Assembly (NCBI GenBank): GCA_024707385.1
Contig: JANPZW010000013.1
Location: 379,465 to 443,464, forward strand
Origin: Cellvibrionaceae bacterium
GTDB taxonomy: Bacteria; Pseudomonadota; Gammaproteobacteria; Pseudomonadales; Cellvibrionaceae
DNA length: 64,000 nucleotides
Direction of reading: 5' to 3'
This document shows positions 51,038-62,418 of this stretch, piece by piece. The notes under the pieces are model-generated. The model did no database searches. It saw only the letters and a program-made list of their open reading frames with translations, and was not told where the DNA came from. A program made the translations under genes and the position numbers. How positions within the stretch are numbered: the stretch's first letter is position 1; every line of letters begins with the position of its first letter.

Positions 51038-52471
51038 TTACTCTGTTGCGGCCTGGGCCACGCCACCCAAGTTGGCGTTTCTCAGACCTTCTTCGCGCCT
51101 CTTCTCGTTCTGTACGTACTTGATCAGATTCTGCGCATGAGTCTTATACTTTTCATCCTTAACCGCTTCCTGCAGGGCTCTGATGGATTCATCGTATTTT
51201 TTCATGCTCAGATAGGCGGAGCCGATGTACATCTGGACCTCGCCCTGACTACGTAGACCACCTTTGCTCAGCGCCTTTCTGGCAGATGAAACAGCCTCTT
51301 CATACTTCTCTGAGTCCAGATAAATGGCTGCCAGAGTTGCGTAGATTTTGCCGTTATCCATCTTCTGTGCGGCTTCTTCCATGATTGGTAGAGCTTTTTT
51401 CAGCTCCTGTGCCTGTGTCAGAGACACCGCCCATACTTCCAGGTTTTTCGCATCGCGGTTGACAACTTTTGAATCAACTCCTTTCTTCATCACCTTGCTG
51501 GCCAGATAAGGCGCTTCGGCTCCGAGGAAAAGATATGCCAGATTCTTATACTGATTCTCTTTGTCGAATACGCCAGCGGTATACAGAGCGTCCAACAAAG
51601 CCATCTGCTCCTTCTCTTTACCATTCATACCGTAAATAGAAGCCAGCTGTGAAAGAATTCGGGTATCAGTGAATTTCACCGCCAGCTCTTCGGCAACTGT
51701 TTCGGCAGATTTGTAATCCTCCTTGTCAATGTGAATAGCCATCTGCAGCTTGTACCAGCCTTCACGCGGAGTATCACCCTTGTCTTTGGCGAGTTTTATC
51801 GATTTCGCGACTTCTCTAAGCGCTTCGTCCTTTTTATTCAACAAATAATAGTTCTGCGCGCGGTAATAAAAATAATCGTCCGGCACAACGGCGGGGCACA
51901 GCGCTTCCCATTTGCTGAAATGATCCAACGCCTCCTGATAGCGTTCTTCTGAAGTCAACAACTGTGCGATCTGATAGGTCAGCTGTGCTTCCAAGGTGTC
52001 AGGAATATGGGGCGACTTGGACAAAACTTTCTTAAAGTAATCAATCGCGCCAGGGATATTGTCCATATTGTATTGGACGACTGCCGCACGCTGATAAAGC
52101 TGCGCCCATTCGTAGTCATTACAATCGTCACAACGATCCACCAGCTGCTTAAGCTTCGGCCAGGCCGCCTTGTAGTTGGACTCAGGAGCCTTGCCGGTCT
52201 TTGGGTCCGGCTCGGGACTCATAAGAGAATCCACCTCAGCAACTTTTTTGAAAAACTTCTGGTCGAGAGCTTTGAGCCGGCGTTTCTCCGGTGGCGCCTT
52301 ACAGCCCGGCAGCTTGGATGCTGCCGGAGATTGTGCCCAAGCAGCGTTATCAACGAGGCGGAGACCGGCAATTTCAACTGAAGGCAGGCTGGTCAAACCC
52401 AACCCGACAACTGCGGTGAAAATACCGGCGACTTTCAATCCAAGAGATTTGTTCATCTTGCTACCACTCAT
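51038..52471 (-). CDS. Exported TPR protein of the TonB operon (TtpD-like)
   Basis: N-terminal signal/anchor, repeated TPR helices, last gene of the operon. Confidence 0.8.
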   Translation of the reverse strand: MSGSKMNKSLGLKVAGIFTAVVGLGLTSLPSVEIAGLRLVDNAAWAQSPAASKLPGCKAPPEKRRLKALDQKFFKKVAEVDSLMSPEPDPKTGKAPESNYKAAWPKLKQLVDRCDDCNDYEWAQLYQRAAVVQYNMDNIPGAIDYFKKVLSKSPHIPDTLEAQLTYQIAQLLTSEERYQEALDHFSKWEALCPAVVPDDYFYYRAQNYYLLNKKDEALREVAKSIKLAKDKGDTPREGWYKLQMAIHIDKEDYKSAETVAEELAVKFTDTRILSQLASIYGMNGKEKEQMALLDALYTAGVFDKENQYKNLAYLFLGAEAPYLASKVMKKGVDSKVVNRDAKNLEVWAVSLTQAQELKKALPIMEEAAQKMDNGKIYATLAAIYLDSEKYEEAVSSARKALSKGGLRSQGEVQMYIGSAYLSMKKYDESIRALQEAVKDEKYKTHAQNLIKYVQNEKRREEGLRNANLGGVAQAATE

Positions 52472-53070
52472 TCTTTGGCCATCTGGAACAGGAACTTGTA
52501 CTGCACTCCAGGCACGTCCACAGGCTGACCATCTACAACACGGGGTTTGTATTTGATCTTCTCGGCAGCTTTAAGTGCCGCACGTTCAAATACAGTGTCA
52601 GGGCAATCGGCGACGAACGCATCTTTAGTGGTGCCATTGGCTGCCACCGTGAACTCCACCGTACAGTAACCCTCTTTTCCTGTCTGGGCCGCGCGGCGTG
52701 GATATTCAGGCTGTACCACCGTCAGAGGGATCATCTCCCCATCACCAAAACCAGTTGGTCCAGTGATTGTCGGTTTCGCGTCAATTTTTGGAGCCAGACT
52801 AATACCTTCATTGCTGACTTCCGGGGCATCGAACTCCGGTCGCGGCAAATCTGGTGGTGCCAGTTCAACTTCCTCCGGCTTATCCGGCTTACTGGTGTCA
52901 TATTCCGTTTCGATTTTGCGCTCTGGCATGACGATATCCGGTACGCGGAACTCGACTACCTCACCGGGTCCTTTGATATTGGTCTGAATCAGGATATGCA
53001 TGATAAGCAGCAAACCCAGAGTTACACCTAATGCCAGTCCACTCGCAGTTAAGTATCTTGCAAAGCCCAT
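52468..53070 (-). CDS. tonB: Energy transducer TonB
   Basis: N-terminal TM, Pro-rich linker, PEYPRRAAQTGKEG..VEFTV, KYKPRVVDG. Confidence 0.92.
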   Translation of the reverse strand: MGFARYLTASGLALGVTLGLLLIMHILIQTNIKGPGEVVEFRVPDIVMPERKIETEYDTSKPDKPEEVELAPPDLPRPEFDAPEVSNEGISLAPKIDAKPTITGPTGFGDGEMIPLTVVQPEYPRRAAQTGKEGYCTVEFTVAANGTTKDAFVADCPDTVFERAALKAAEKIKYKPRVVDGQPVDVPGVQYKFLFQMAKE

Positions 53071-53074
53071 ACGA

Positions 53075-53479
53075 TTACTCCTTCCGCGTTGCAATGGAGA
53101 TATCGGTGATACCAAGCTGGCGAGCAGCCTGCGCGACTTCATTCAAGACTTTGATACTTGATTTGGCATCGGCCTGAATAATCATCGGACTTTTGGGGTT
53201 ATCAGCCAACAAAAGCTCTATCTGGTCTTTCACAAAAAGCGGGTCAATTTCATTTTTATCAACCCAGATTTTGTTTTCAGAATTGATCGCAACCAGGATC
53301 TTGGCGTTCTTAACTCTCGCAGTATTTGCATCAGGGCGATCAACTTCAACTCCCGGCTCCTTAATAAAGGTGGCCGTCACAATAAAGAAGATCAACATGA
53401 TGAATACCACGTCGAGCATAGGGGTCAAGTCAATCGTTGCCCCTATATCTTCATCAGCGGATGATTTCCTGCTGCTCAT
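53075..53479 (-). CDS. exbD: ExbD
   Basis: IDLTPMLDVVFIMLIFFIVT, IIQAD. Confidence 0.95.
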   Translation of the reverse strand: MSSRKSSADEDIGATIDLTPMLDVVFIMLIFFIVTATFIKEPGVEVDRPDANTARVKNAKILVAINSENKIWVDKNEIDPLFVKDQIELLLADNPKSPMIIQADAKSSIKVLNEVAQAARQLGITDISIATRKE

Positions 53480-53535
53480 GGTTACTTCTCTTAATCGGGC
53501 TGACCCGCAGGTCAGCCTTAGTTAAAGGGACGCTA

Positions 53536-54066
53536 TTAATGGTCCATCGTGAGATGGTCTTCCAATAACTGCGCTTCACGCTCGGCTATCTGATTAACGA
53601 TAGTGCCGCCAAATACGCCGGATATCGCAGCCACCATGCCCGCCATGGTCGGTATAGTCGCCTGCTTGACACCACCTGCCATGGACTTGGCATCAGCACC
53701 GCCCGTAGTCGCCAGTACATTAAATACCTCAATCATGCCCGATACAGTGCCGAGCAGACCGAATAGCGGGCAAAGCGCCGTAATGGTGCCAATCATATCG
53801 AGATTGGCACGGATGCTATCTGAAATCCTGGACACCATTGCCGCGCGGATCTGGTGTGCGTTCCAGGACTTTCGCTCGGCCCGAGAATCCCAAGCATCTA
53901 CTGTATTTTTGACTAAACGGCGCAACGAACTGCGATAAAACCAGATACGCTCAAATATCAACGTCCATAAAATAAACGTCAACACGGCGATGGCAAGCAA
54001 TACCGGGCCGCCGGATGCAACGAAGGCCCGTACCGTTTCCAAAGCTTCCGACAATGACCAGGACAT
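53536..54066 (-). CDS. exbB: ExbB (short MotA/TolQ/ExbB)
   Basis: CPLFGLLGTVSGMIEVF, ATIPTMAG. Confidence 0.9.
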   Translation of the reverse strand: MSWSLSEALETVRAFVASGGPVLLAIAVLTFILWTLIFERIWFYRSSLRRLVKNTVDAWDSRAERKSWNAHQIRAAMVSRISDSIRANLDMIGTITALCPLFGLLGTVSGMIEVFNVLATTGGADAKSMAGGVKQATIPTMAGMVAAISGVFGGTIVNQIAEREAQLLEDHLTMDH

Positions 54067-54079
54067 GGGTTATCTCCTG

Positions 54080-55456
54080 TTATTTGCTTTCAGCTTTTTC
54101 GGCAATAATTCCAGCGCTCTGTTCTTCCAGTACATGCACGATGCGTTTGGCTTTACCGCTGAGGATGGTGTGCATGAATACGGTCGGAATCGCAACAACA
54201 AGACCCTGAACCGTCGTTACCAGTGCGGTAGAAATACCACCAGCCATCAATTTCGGGTCACCAGCACCGAAGTCTGTAATAGCTTGGAAGGTCTGAATCA
54301 TACCGGTTACCGTACCGAGCAGACCCATCAGCGGCGCAACCATTGAAATGATCTTGATCATGTTCAGGCCGCCTTCGATTGCGGGACGCTCTTTTAGGAC
54401 CGCTTCTTCAAGCTTCAATTCCAGCGATTCAACGTCGATCTCGGGATTATCTTCAGCCACTTTCAAAACACGACCCAGCGGGTTGTCGGAACTCGCACGG
54501 CTCGCTTTAAGCTGCTTGGATACCTTGTTGCCGATAACGGTCAAGGAGAAGAAACGCCAAACGATCAGGATCAGACCTACGCCACCCAGGCCGTAAATGA
54601 TGATGTAACCAACCAGACCACCTTGCTCCATACGCTCATTCAAATCTGGACGCGCAACCATGATCTGCATGATCTCTCCACCCAGTGGCAGGGTAGGGTC
54701 TACACCCACCTGGGTAAAGCCGGAGGTCGCATTTTCCAAAGCAGATGGATTAGGCAATCCAGCTGGTTGCAGGCGGGGTACAGACAAGGTATCAGAGCCC
54801 GGGCTAAAGAACAGGTATTTGCCATCGGACACTACGCCGTAGTTACCAATACGCACCACTCGCTGTTCCGCTTGCTGTCCGTCACCATAGGCAACTTTCG
54901 CGTTAAAGCTGACAATCTTGCCGGCTTCAACAGTTTCGCGCTGGATTTCATAAATAAGCCGCTCGATCTCTTCGATAGTCGGCAAACTGGTTTCGCTGTC
55001 CATTTTTTTGGAGAGCTCGGTCGCAAAATCGGAGCGGCCGGGGTATTGCAGACTCACCAGCGAGTTCTTCAGATTGGCCTGCAAATCACCAGAAGCAGTT
55101 TTCAGGTGACCGAAGAGCTCTTTCAACGAGCCCATGCGCTCATCCAACTGGGCCCGCAGAGCTTTGATCTGCAGATCCTGTTTCTCGTAAGTGGCTTCCA
55201 ACTCCGCAGAGCGGGCTTCTTCCTGAGCACGGCTTTTTTCGGCGTTGGCCAGAAGGCTTGCACGCTGAGCTTTTTCGCGGATGAATTCCGCTTCACGCTG
55301 TTGATGCTCCTTGCTCTCACTGACTTTGCTGTCTTTCATCAATTGCAACAGCTGATCAAGAGATGTGGCTTTGTCTTGTGCCTGAGCAACACCCGCGAAC
55401 AATAAAGTGCCCGCCGCCACCAGACTTAGGATTTTATTTTTAGCAAAAACTCTCAT
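54080..55456 (-). CDS. Long ExbB-like protein with periplasmic coiled coil (TtpC-like)
   Basis: Signal peptide, long coiled coil, C-terminal APLMGLLGTVTGMI..GISTALVTT. Confidence 0.88.
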   Translation of the reverse strand: MRVFAKNKILSLVAAGTLLFAGVAQAQDKATSLDQLLQLMKDSKVSESKEHQQREAEFIREKAQRASLLANAEKSRAQEEARSAELEATYEKQDLQIKALRAQLDERMGSLKELFGHLKTASGDLQANLKNSLVSLQYPGRSDFATELSKKMDSETSLPTIEEIERLIYEIQRETVEAGKIVSFNAKVAYGDGQQAEQRVVRIGNYGVVSDGKYLFFSPGSDTLSVPRLQPAGLPNPSALENATSGFTQVGVDPTLPLGGEIMQIMVARPDLNERMEQGGLVGYIIIYGLGGVGLILIVWRFFSLTVIGNKVSKQLKASRASSDNPLGRVLKVAEDNPEIDVESLELKLEEAVLKERPAIEGGLNMIKIISMVAPLMGLLGTVTGMIQTFQAITDFGAGDPKLMAGGISTALVTTVQGLVVAIPTVFMHTILSGKAKRIVHVLEEQSAGIIAEKAESK

Positions 55457-56238
55457 TTTGCAGCCTCCGGAGCAGCAATAGGCAGGAGCATAATGTCATT
55501 CTGAGCCTTTTTCTGGGCTATACGAACGGCGTTGCGAACGGGGAGTTTGTAGTCGCCGCTATCCAATGTGACCCACTGCTTGGCATTCTTGTCCCAAACG
55601 CCGGTCAATGAGGTATCCATTGTCTGGTACATGAGAGCAACGCGGCCGATGGAAAGTATGTTGACTTGCAGATCCTGTCCGTCGACGTTCAGAGTGGTTT
55701 CATAAGTATCCACTTTGCGAGAATATTCGGATTCGATGGCGTAGATTTCGAGGACCTGACGGAATTTCTCGGAGATAGTGACATCCGCGTCTTCCATCAA
55801 TGCACGCACATCGGCAATACGTGACAGTCGGTCCTCTTTGCGATAAGGGGCATCCAACTGAACAAACTGCTCAATGGCATCCAGCATTTCCAGAACCAGA
55901 GGCTGGATCTGACGCTGGATAACGGTAACCTGACTGGTGGAGTCCGTCAGCTTAGACATGATTTCACGCTGACTGGCCAACTGCTTATCCAATTGAGCGT
56001 TGTAAACCCGCAGTCCCTCTATCGTTTTATTAACCTGCTTGAATTGATTGATCAGGTCATTGGTCTCATCTTGCAATTTGTTGATGCGCACTTGGGACTT
56101 TTGCGCATCGGCAACCTTGGACTGACCTACTGCCAAAACGGCGTCAAGCGACTGGTCTGCGAACGACGAGCCCGCAAAAACCGCTCCGGCAGTTAGCACT
56201 GTGGACAGTGCCACAGCTTTAATTCGCTGCTTCTTCAT
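55453..56238 (-). CDS. DUF3450 family protein (TtpB-like)
   Basis: Signal peptide, coiled coil, ISEKFRQVLE..IESEY, GRVALMYQT; first gene of the operon. Confidence 0.85.
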   Translation of the reverse strand: MKKQRIKAVALSTVLTAGAVFAGSSFADQSLDAVLAVGQSKVADAQKSQVRINKLQDETNDLINQFKQVNKTIEGLRVYNAQLDKQLASQREIMSKLTDSTSQVTVIQRQIQPLVLEMLDAIEQFVQLDAPYRKEDRLSRIADVRALMEDADVTISEKFRQVLEIYAIESEYSRKVDTYETTLNVDGQDLQVNILSIGRVALMYQTMDTSLTGVWDKNAKQWVTLDSGDYKLPVRNAVRIAQKKAQNDIMLLPIAAPEAAK

Positions 56239-56539
56239 ATTCCCCCCCAACTCGGGTGCTTACGGTAGATAAAGACGGAAACTGAAAACACCTCGAAAGG
56301 AAATGCTTCAGAAACGTATGAGAGTGACTGGGCCAAAACTCAGAGCTCGGCATTTTAAAAGGACGGATTCGCAACATACAAATGTTTATCAACCAACCGA
56401 TTATTACCCACCCGACACCATCACTTTTGGTAACACCGGCGCTACCTTTTTCGCAAAAACGGTAACAGCTCGGTAACATCTTGTTGGTTTGACAAACAAA
56501 AGCGCAATTAAACCCAATGCGCATTATCAGATTTAGGTG

Positions 56540-57055
56540 CTAAAAAGGTCTTTCGTACCCAACAAAGGAGCATGCCAGCGGATTTTTTTCATCTGCCGGC
56601 CACTCTTCGCGGCTGATCTCGGACCATTCACCAGGGGTGATCGGCGGAAAAAATGCGTCGCCGGGAATATCCGCATGAACTTCGGTCAGATAAAGTCGTT
56701 GCGCCAAAGGTAGTGCCTGCTGATAAAGGCTTGCACCACCGATCAGCATGATTTCCTTTTTATCTACGCGCCGCGCGATTTCCGCTGCGCAGTCAATTGC
56801 CGCCTCCAGACTGTTTACAACAGTAACACCTTCGCTCAGCCAGCCAGCCCGACGGCTCACCACTATATTGCTGCGCCCAGGCAAAGGCCGCCCTATGGAA
56901 TCAAAGGTTTTACGCCCCATGATGATCGGATGCCCCATGGTAACGGCCTTGAAATGGGCGAGATCCCGCGGCAAATGCCAGGGCAATTGGTTGTTGAGAC
57001 CAATGGCGCGATTGCGAGAGAGGGCGCAAACCAGAGCAAGTTGCGGATCAGACAT
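56540..57055 (-). CDS. folA: Dihydrofolate reductase
   Basis: IGLNNQLPWHLPRDLAHFK, IMGRKTFDSIGRPLPGR, IGGASLY, GDAFFP. Confidence 0.97.
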   Translation of the reverse strand: MSDPQLALVCALSRNRAIGLNNQLPWHLPRDLAHFKAVTMGHPIIMGRKTFDSIGRPLPGRSNIVVSRRAGWLSEGVTVVNSLEAAIDCAAEIARRVDKKEIMLIGGASLYQQALPLAQRLYLTEVHADIPGDAFFPPITPGEWSEISREEWPADEKNPLACSFVGYERPF

Positions 57056-57060
57056 GCAAC

Positions 57061-57893
57061 TCAGACCGCGATTGGTGCAGCTATATGAGGATGAGACTGG
57101 TAGTCACGCAGCTCAAAGTCGTCATAGCGAAAATCAAAGATATTGCTCACCTCGGGATTCAGCCACATATGCGGCAATGGGAAAGGCTCCCGCCCGAGCT
57201 GCTCTTCCACCTGATCCAGATGATTGGTATAGAGATGGGCATCACCGAAGGTGTGGACAAAATCACCCGGCTGCAGCCCGGTCACCTGCGCAACCATCAT
57301 CGTCAGCAGCGCATAGGATGCGATATTAAAAGGCACACCGAGGAAAATATCGGCGCTGCGCTGATACAACTGACAGGAAAGCCTGCCTTCCAGAACATAA
57401 AACTGGAACAGCGTGTGGCACGGCGGCAAGGCCATTTTGCCGGCGGCCGCGTTGTCCTGGGGGAAATACTCTCGTCCGGCAACACCGCAGGGTTCCACGC
57501 TGAGACGATCAAGCGGCGCGAATGGGGTTTGCGCTTGATCTGCTCGATCACCTCGCTGATCTGATCGATTACGCCGCCGTCGGCGGTGGACCAGGAGCGC
57601 CATTGGGCGCCGTAGACCGGGCCCAACTCACCGCTCTCGGTCGCCCACTCATTCCAGATGCGCACACTGTTTTCCTGCAGATAGCGCACATTGGTATCGC
57701 CGCGCAGAAACCACAGCAACTCATGGATGATGGAGCGCATATGGCATTTTTTGGTTGTGACCAGCGGAAAACCATCGGCCAGATTGAAACGCATCTGATG
57801 GCCGAACACACTCAGCGTGCCGGTGCCGGTGCGATCCTCTTTGCGTATCCCGTGATCCCGCACATGCCGCATCAAATCGAGATATTGCTTCAC
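57061..57893 (-). CDS. thyA: Thymidylate synthase; frame break at G5 57459-57463
   Basis: [23 protein letters not shown], then MALPPCH, YQRSAD, PFNIASY in the next frame; one added base restores the gene. Confidence 0.95.
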
Positions 57894-58753
57894 GCCTTCT
57901 GCTCCTTGCGCGCAGCCTCCGGAGCACCGGTGTAAATGGTCCCGCGGCGGTATGCCCAAATGATCAGAGCCAAACCAACGGCGATCATGGGCAGGCAGAG
58001 CTGCTGGCCCCGAGTTATCCAGCCAAACCACAAATCCGCCTGGAGATGCGAATCGGGTTCGCGCACAAACTCCACAGAGAACCGGAATACGCCATATAAA
58101 AGAAGAAACAAACCAATGACCGCCCCGCGAGGCCGGGGCTTGCTGGAAAACCAGAACAGAATGATGAACATGACCAGCCCTTCGAGCACCGCCTCATACA
58201 ACTGTGAAGGGTGGCGCGGCAGGCCGGTTGGATCCTTGGGAAAAATCATCGCCCATGAAACATCGGTCGCGCGCCCATAGAGTTCGCCACCGATAAAGTT
58301 GCCCAGGCGGCCGAAGAACAATCCAAGAGGCGCAAAAGGCGCAACAAAATCCACCAGATCAAAAAAGTTTCTGTTGATCTTTCTCGCGTACAACATCATC
58401 GCAACCGCGTAGCCGATAAGACCGCCATGGAACGACATGCCGCCTTCCCAGAGCCTGAAGATCATCAGCGGGTCGTTCATCCACGCCTGGAAATTATAAA
58501 AAATAATGTAGCCGACCCGCGCACCCAGGACCACGCCCATAGCGGAATAGAACACCAGATCCTCGGTCTGGCGAGGTTCGACCACCATCGGTCTCTTGCT
58601 GGCGCGATACCAGGCCAACAGCCACCCGCCGGTAAAGCCGAAGAGATACATCAACCCATACCAGTGAATATCAAAAGGTCCAAAGGTCTTTCCGGCGACA
58701 GTGAATGCACCTATGGACAGAGCGACGAGGTCTATATTCGGGTAAGCCAGCAT
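57890..58753 (-). CDS. lgt: Prolipoprotein diacylglyceryl transferase
   Basis: [36 protein letters not shown]. Confidence 0.97.
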   Translation of the reverse strand: MLAYPNIDLVALSIGAFTVAGKTFGPFDIHWYGLMYLFGFTGGWLLAWYRASKRPMVVEPRQTEDLVFYSAMGVVLGARVGYIIFYNFQAWMNDPLMIFRLWEGGMSFHGGLIGYAVAMMLYARKINRNFFDLVDFVAPFAPLGLFFGRLGNFIGGELYGRATDVSWAMIFPKDPTGLPRHPSQLYEAVLEGLVMFIILFWFSSKPRPRGAVIGLFLLLYGVFRFSVEFVREPDSHLQADLWFGWITRGQQLCLPMIAVGLALIIWAYRRGTIYTGAPEAARKEQKA

Positions 58754-58829
58754 GGACAATATTCACCCCTTGAGGAAATCGAGGGCGAATCATAAGCAGA
58801 AAAGCAGCTCGGGTCTACGAGCAGGGACT

Positions 58830-61100
58830 CTATTCAGGGAGCTTCGGCTTGAGGAGCCGGGTGAGGCCGCACGCCTCAAATGTGGTCTCGATACAGCGGT
58901 TGATGGATTCGGTATCCGGCAGGGTCATCACCTCCGCCAGCAGCTTTTCCGCGCGCTCAAGGGTGATGCAGCGAATCACCGATTTGACTTTGAGCAGGTT
59001 GGTGGCGTTCATCGACAACACATCAAAGCCCATGGCGACCAGCAGCATGGCGGCGGAGGGATCGCCCGCAAGTTCGCCACAAATACCCACAGGCACACCC
59101 TGGCTGTGACTTTCGCGCACCACTGTATTCAGTGCGCGCAGCACTGCAGGATGCAGCGAGTGATAGAGATCCGCAACGCGGGCGTTATTGCGGTCGACCG
59201 CCAAAAGGTATTGGGTCAGGTCGTTGCTACCGACCGATAGAAAATCGGCGCGCGCCGCCAACTCACGCGCTTGATATACCGCCGACGGCACTTCCACCAT
59301 AACCCCAATGGGCGGCATCTGAATGTTATAACCCTCGTCCAGCAACTCGTCGAACGCCCGGTAAATCAGCATCTGCGCGACTTCCAATTCTGGAATCGAT
59401 GAAATCATCGGCAGAAGAATGCGCAGATTATCGAGGTCCTCGCTAGCTTTGAGCATGGCGCGGACCTGAGAGAGAAAAATCTCCGGGTGATCGAGGGTAA
59501 TACGGATGCCGCGCCAACCGAGAAACGGGTTGTCCTCGGAGATTGGAAAATACGGCAGGGACTTGTCGCCGCCGATATCCAGCGTGCGCATGGTCACCGG
59601 GTGCGGCGCAAACGCCTGCAGTTGCTCGCGATAGACCAGCCGCTGCTCCTCTTCCGAGGGAAAGCGGTCGCGCAGCATAAAAGGAACTTCGGTACGGTAG
59701 AGACCGACACCCTCAGCACCCCGCTCCAACGACAGCATCGCATCTGCCATCAGACCAGTGTTGACCCAGAGGGCAACGCGGTGTTTGTCGAGGGTCTCGC
59801 ACGGCAGATCCTTGAGCTGCTCCAGACCCGCAACCAGCTGCAGATCCTCTTCAACTATGTCCTGGTAATGGGCTTTCAAGCCCGGCGACGGATCGCTGTA
59901 AACCGAGCCGTGATAACCATCGACGATCAATTCACGCCCGTCGAGCTTGGTGTAAGGCAGATCCACGGCACCCATTACCGTGGGAATACCCATGGAGCGG
60001 GCGAGAATGGCGACGTGGGAGTTGCCCGACCCGCGCACGGACACCAATCCGACGAGCTTGCCATGGGGGCACCTCACCCAGCACGGATGCCGTCAGTTCC
60101 TCGCCAATCAAAATGGTGTTTTCGGGGTAGATACGCTCTTTCTGCGCGGACTCCTGCAAATACGCCAACACCCGGCTGCCCAGATCCTGCACGTCGGAGG
60201 CGCGCTCGCGCAGATAGGGGTCGTGCATGCTGGAGAAGTTCTTCACATGCTCGAGGATCACATCGCTCCAGGCATACTGCGCGGAGAAACCCTCGAGAAT
60301 CCGCTCGGTCACTTCGCCGCCAAGCGAAGCGTCATCCAACATACCGAGGTAGGCATCGAAGAGAACCTGCTCCTCCTTGTTGAGACGCAGCTTCAGTTCG
60401 TCGCCCAGGCGTTTGACGTCTTCGCGCACCGCCGAAAGGCAGCTTTGAAAGAATGCCAGCTCCGCCTCGACATCGTCGCAAGTCTGATAGGGCACGGCAT
60501 TGAGATCGGCGAGCGGTGAAATGACCACAGCGCGCCCAATGGCCACGCCGGGCGCACCCGCCACACCGGAGAATTTTGCTTCGCGCGCAGGAGTATTCGC
60601 GCCTATGACATTGAGAACGCCGGTCGCTTCGGCGTGGGCAATGACGCCGGCCAACTGCGCCGACATGGTGACCAGAAATGCCTCTTCACCCTCATCAAAC
60701 TTGCGCTGTGCGCCCTGCTGTACCACCAGGACACCCAGTACATTGCGATGATGGATGATGGGTACACCAAGGAAGGCGGCGTACCTCTCCCCTCCCCGGT
60801 TTCGGGGAAATACTGGTACTTGGGGTGAGAGTCGGCCTGATCGAGATTGATGGGCTCTTCGCGAGCCGCCACCATGCCCACGAGGCCCTCGTTGAAAGCC
60901 AGACGCACCTGACCGATAGCCTCTTCGTTTAAGCCGTCGGTTGCCATCAGGGTGTAGTAGCCCTGGGGGTCACGCAGATAGACGGAGCACACCTGGGTGT
61001 TCATCGCGCCTTTTACCCGGGCAACGATGATTCTCAGAACCGAATGCAGATCCCGCGCAGAATTGACCTCTTGCACAATGCTGCGCAAAGAGTTCAGCAT
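58830..61100 (-). CDS. ptsP: Nitrogen PTS enzyme I (GAF plus EI); frame breaks at C4 60789-60792 and G5 60065-60069
   Basis: N-terminal [36 protein letters not shown]-equivalent [14 protein letters not shown] across three frames. Confidence 0.95.
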
Positions 61101-61606
61101 GCGGCCTCCCCGGAGCTGCAGAAGTCTTCTTGGTACTGAGATTGAATGGGGGACAATTCCCGCAAAGCGCGGCGGTACACATCGCGCTTAAAGGCAACGA
61201 CATTGTTCACCGGATACCAATAACTGACCCAGCGCCAGTGGTCGAATTCGGGCGTGGAGTTGAGAGCGAGATTGATTTGTTCATCGGTGCCGAGAAAGCG
61301 CAGCAGAAACCACTTCTGTTTCTGTCCGATGCACACCGGCTGCTGCTGTCTGACATAGCGCGACGGCAAGCGATAACGCAGCCAGCCACGAGTGACGCCG
61401 AGAATTTCAACATCCTCTGGACGCAGACCGACTTCCTCTTCAAGTTCGCGATACAACGCCTGTTCGGCACTTTCGTGCTGCTTGATTCCGCCCTGGGGAA
61501 ACTGCCAGGCATCCTGACCGCCAACGCGCCGCGCCCACAACAATTCGCCTCGGGAATTGGTGAGAATAATGCCCACATTGGGACGGAACCCATCGGCGTC
61601 GATCAC
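61094..61606 (-). CDS. rppH: RNA pyrophosphohydrolase
   Basis: [35 protein letters not shown]. Confidence 0.97.
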   Translation of the reverse strand: MIDADGFRPNVGIILTNSRGELLWARRVGGQDAWQFPQGGIKQHESAEQALYRELEEEVGLRPEDVEILGVTRGWLRYRLPSRYVRQQQPVCIGQKQKWFLLRFLGTDEQINLALNSTPEFDHWRWVSYWYPVNNVVAFKRDVYRRALRELSPIQSQYQEDFCSSGEAAC

Positions 61607-61761
61607 GGCAGCCTCGCGCTTGTTGTTATACTAGTCGAGCTATTGTTTCACAGTTGGTCTGACTCAGCAATTTGACCATTACAGCCTCTTATTACTCATC
61701 CAGACCGGATTTTTCCCTTCGTTCTCCGAGCAACATCCGGTGATTTCACAGGAGTATTTTC

Positions 61762-62415
61762 TTGAGTTTAGCGATATTTGATCTCGACAACACTTTGATC
61801 GCCGGCGACAGCGACCACCTGTGGGGCGAGTTTCTGATCGAGCAGGGCAAGGTGGATGCGGAGCACTATCGCGAGCGCAACGACTTTTTTTATTCCGCCT
61901 ACCAGCAGGGCAACCTCGACATACATGCCTATCTGGAATTTGCTCTTACGCCGTTAAAAGGTTTTTCTCCGGCGGAATTGGCAGCCCTGCATCAAACATT
62001 TATGGACCACAAAATCCACCCGATTATGCTGCCCAAAGCGCAGGCTTTGATCGACCAGCACCGTCGCAACGGTGACACACTTTTGATCATCACCGCCACC
62101 AATCGTTTTGTCACTGCCCCGATTGCCCGACTCTTGGATATTCCGCATTTGCTCGCCTCGGAACCCGAGCTGGTGGGCGGCTGTTATACCGGCAAGGCGA
62201 CCGGGATTCCGTGTTTCCAGAGCGGCAAAGTCACCCGTCTGCAGGAGTGGCTCGCGGCAACCAATCAAAGCCTGGGCACCGCCCACTTCTATTCGGATTC
62301 CGCAAACGACATACCGCTGTTGCAGGCGGTCAGTCATCCGGTCGCCGTGGACCCCGACCCGCGCCTGCGTAGCTTTGCCCTTGCCAACCAGATTCCCATT
62401 ATCAGCCTGAGGTAA
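61762..62415 (+). CDS. HAD-IB family phosphatase
   Basis: FDLDNTL, ITAT, GKV, YSDSAND.PLL, VDPD. Confidence 0.9.
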   Translation: MSLAIFDLDNTLIAGDSDHLWGEFLIEQGKVDAEHYRERNDFFYSAYQQGNLDIHAYLEFALTPLKGFSPAELAALHQTFMDHKIHPIMLPKAQALIDQHRRNGDTLLIITATNRFVTAPIARLLDIPHLLASEPELVGGCYTGKATGIPCFQSGKVTRLQEWLAATNQSLGTAHFYSDSANDIPLLQAVSHPVAVDPDPRLRSFALANQIPIISLR

Positions 62416-62418
62416 AAC

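Noticed and set aside
56512-56531. Fur box upstream of the TonB operon (GATAATGCGCATT on the minus strand)
   Set aside because: Only about 10 of 19 consensus positions match and it is about 270 bp from the start codon; needs a matrix scan
57061-61100. thyA and ptsP as true pseudogenes or programmed frameshifts
   Set aside because: All catalytic motifs are intact, breaks sit in short homopolymers, and they match the window-wide indel pattern
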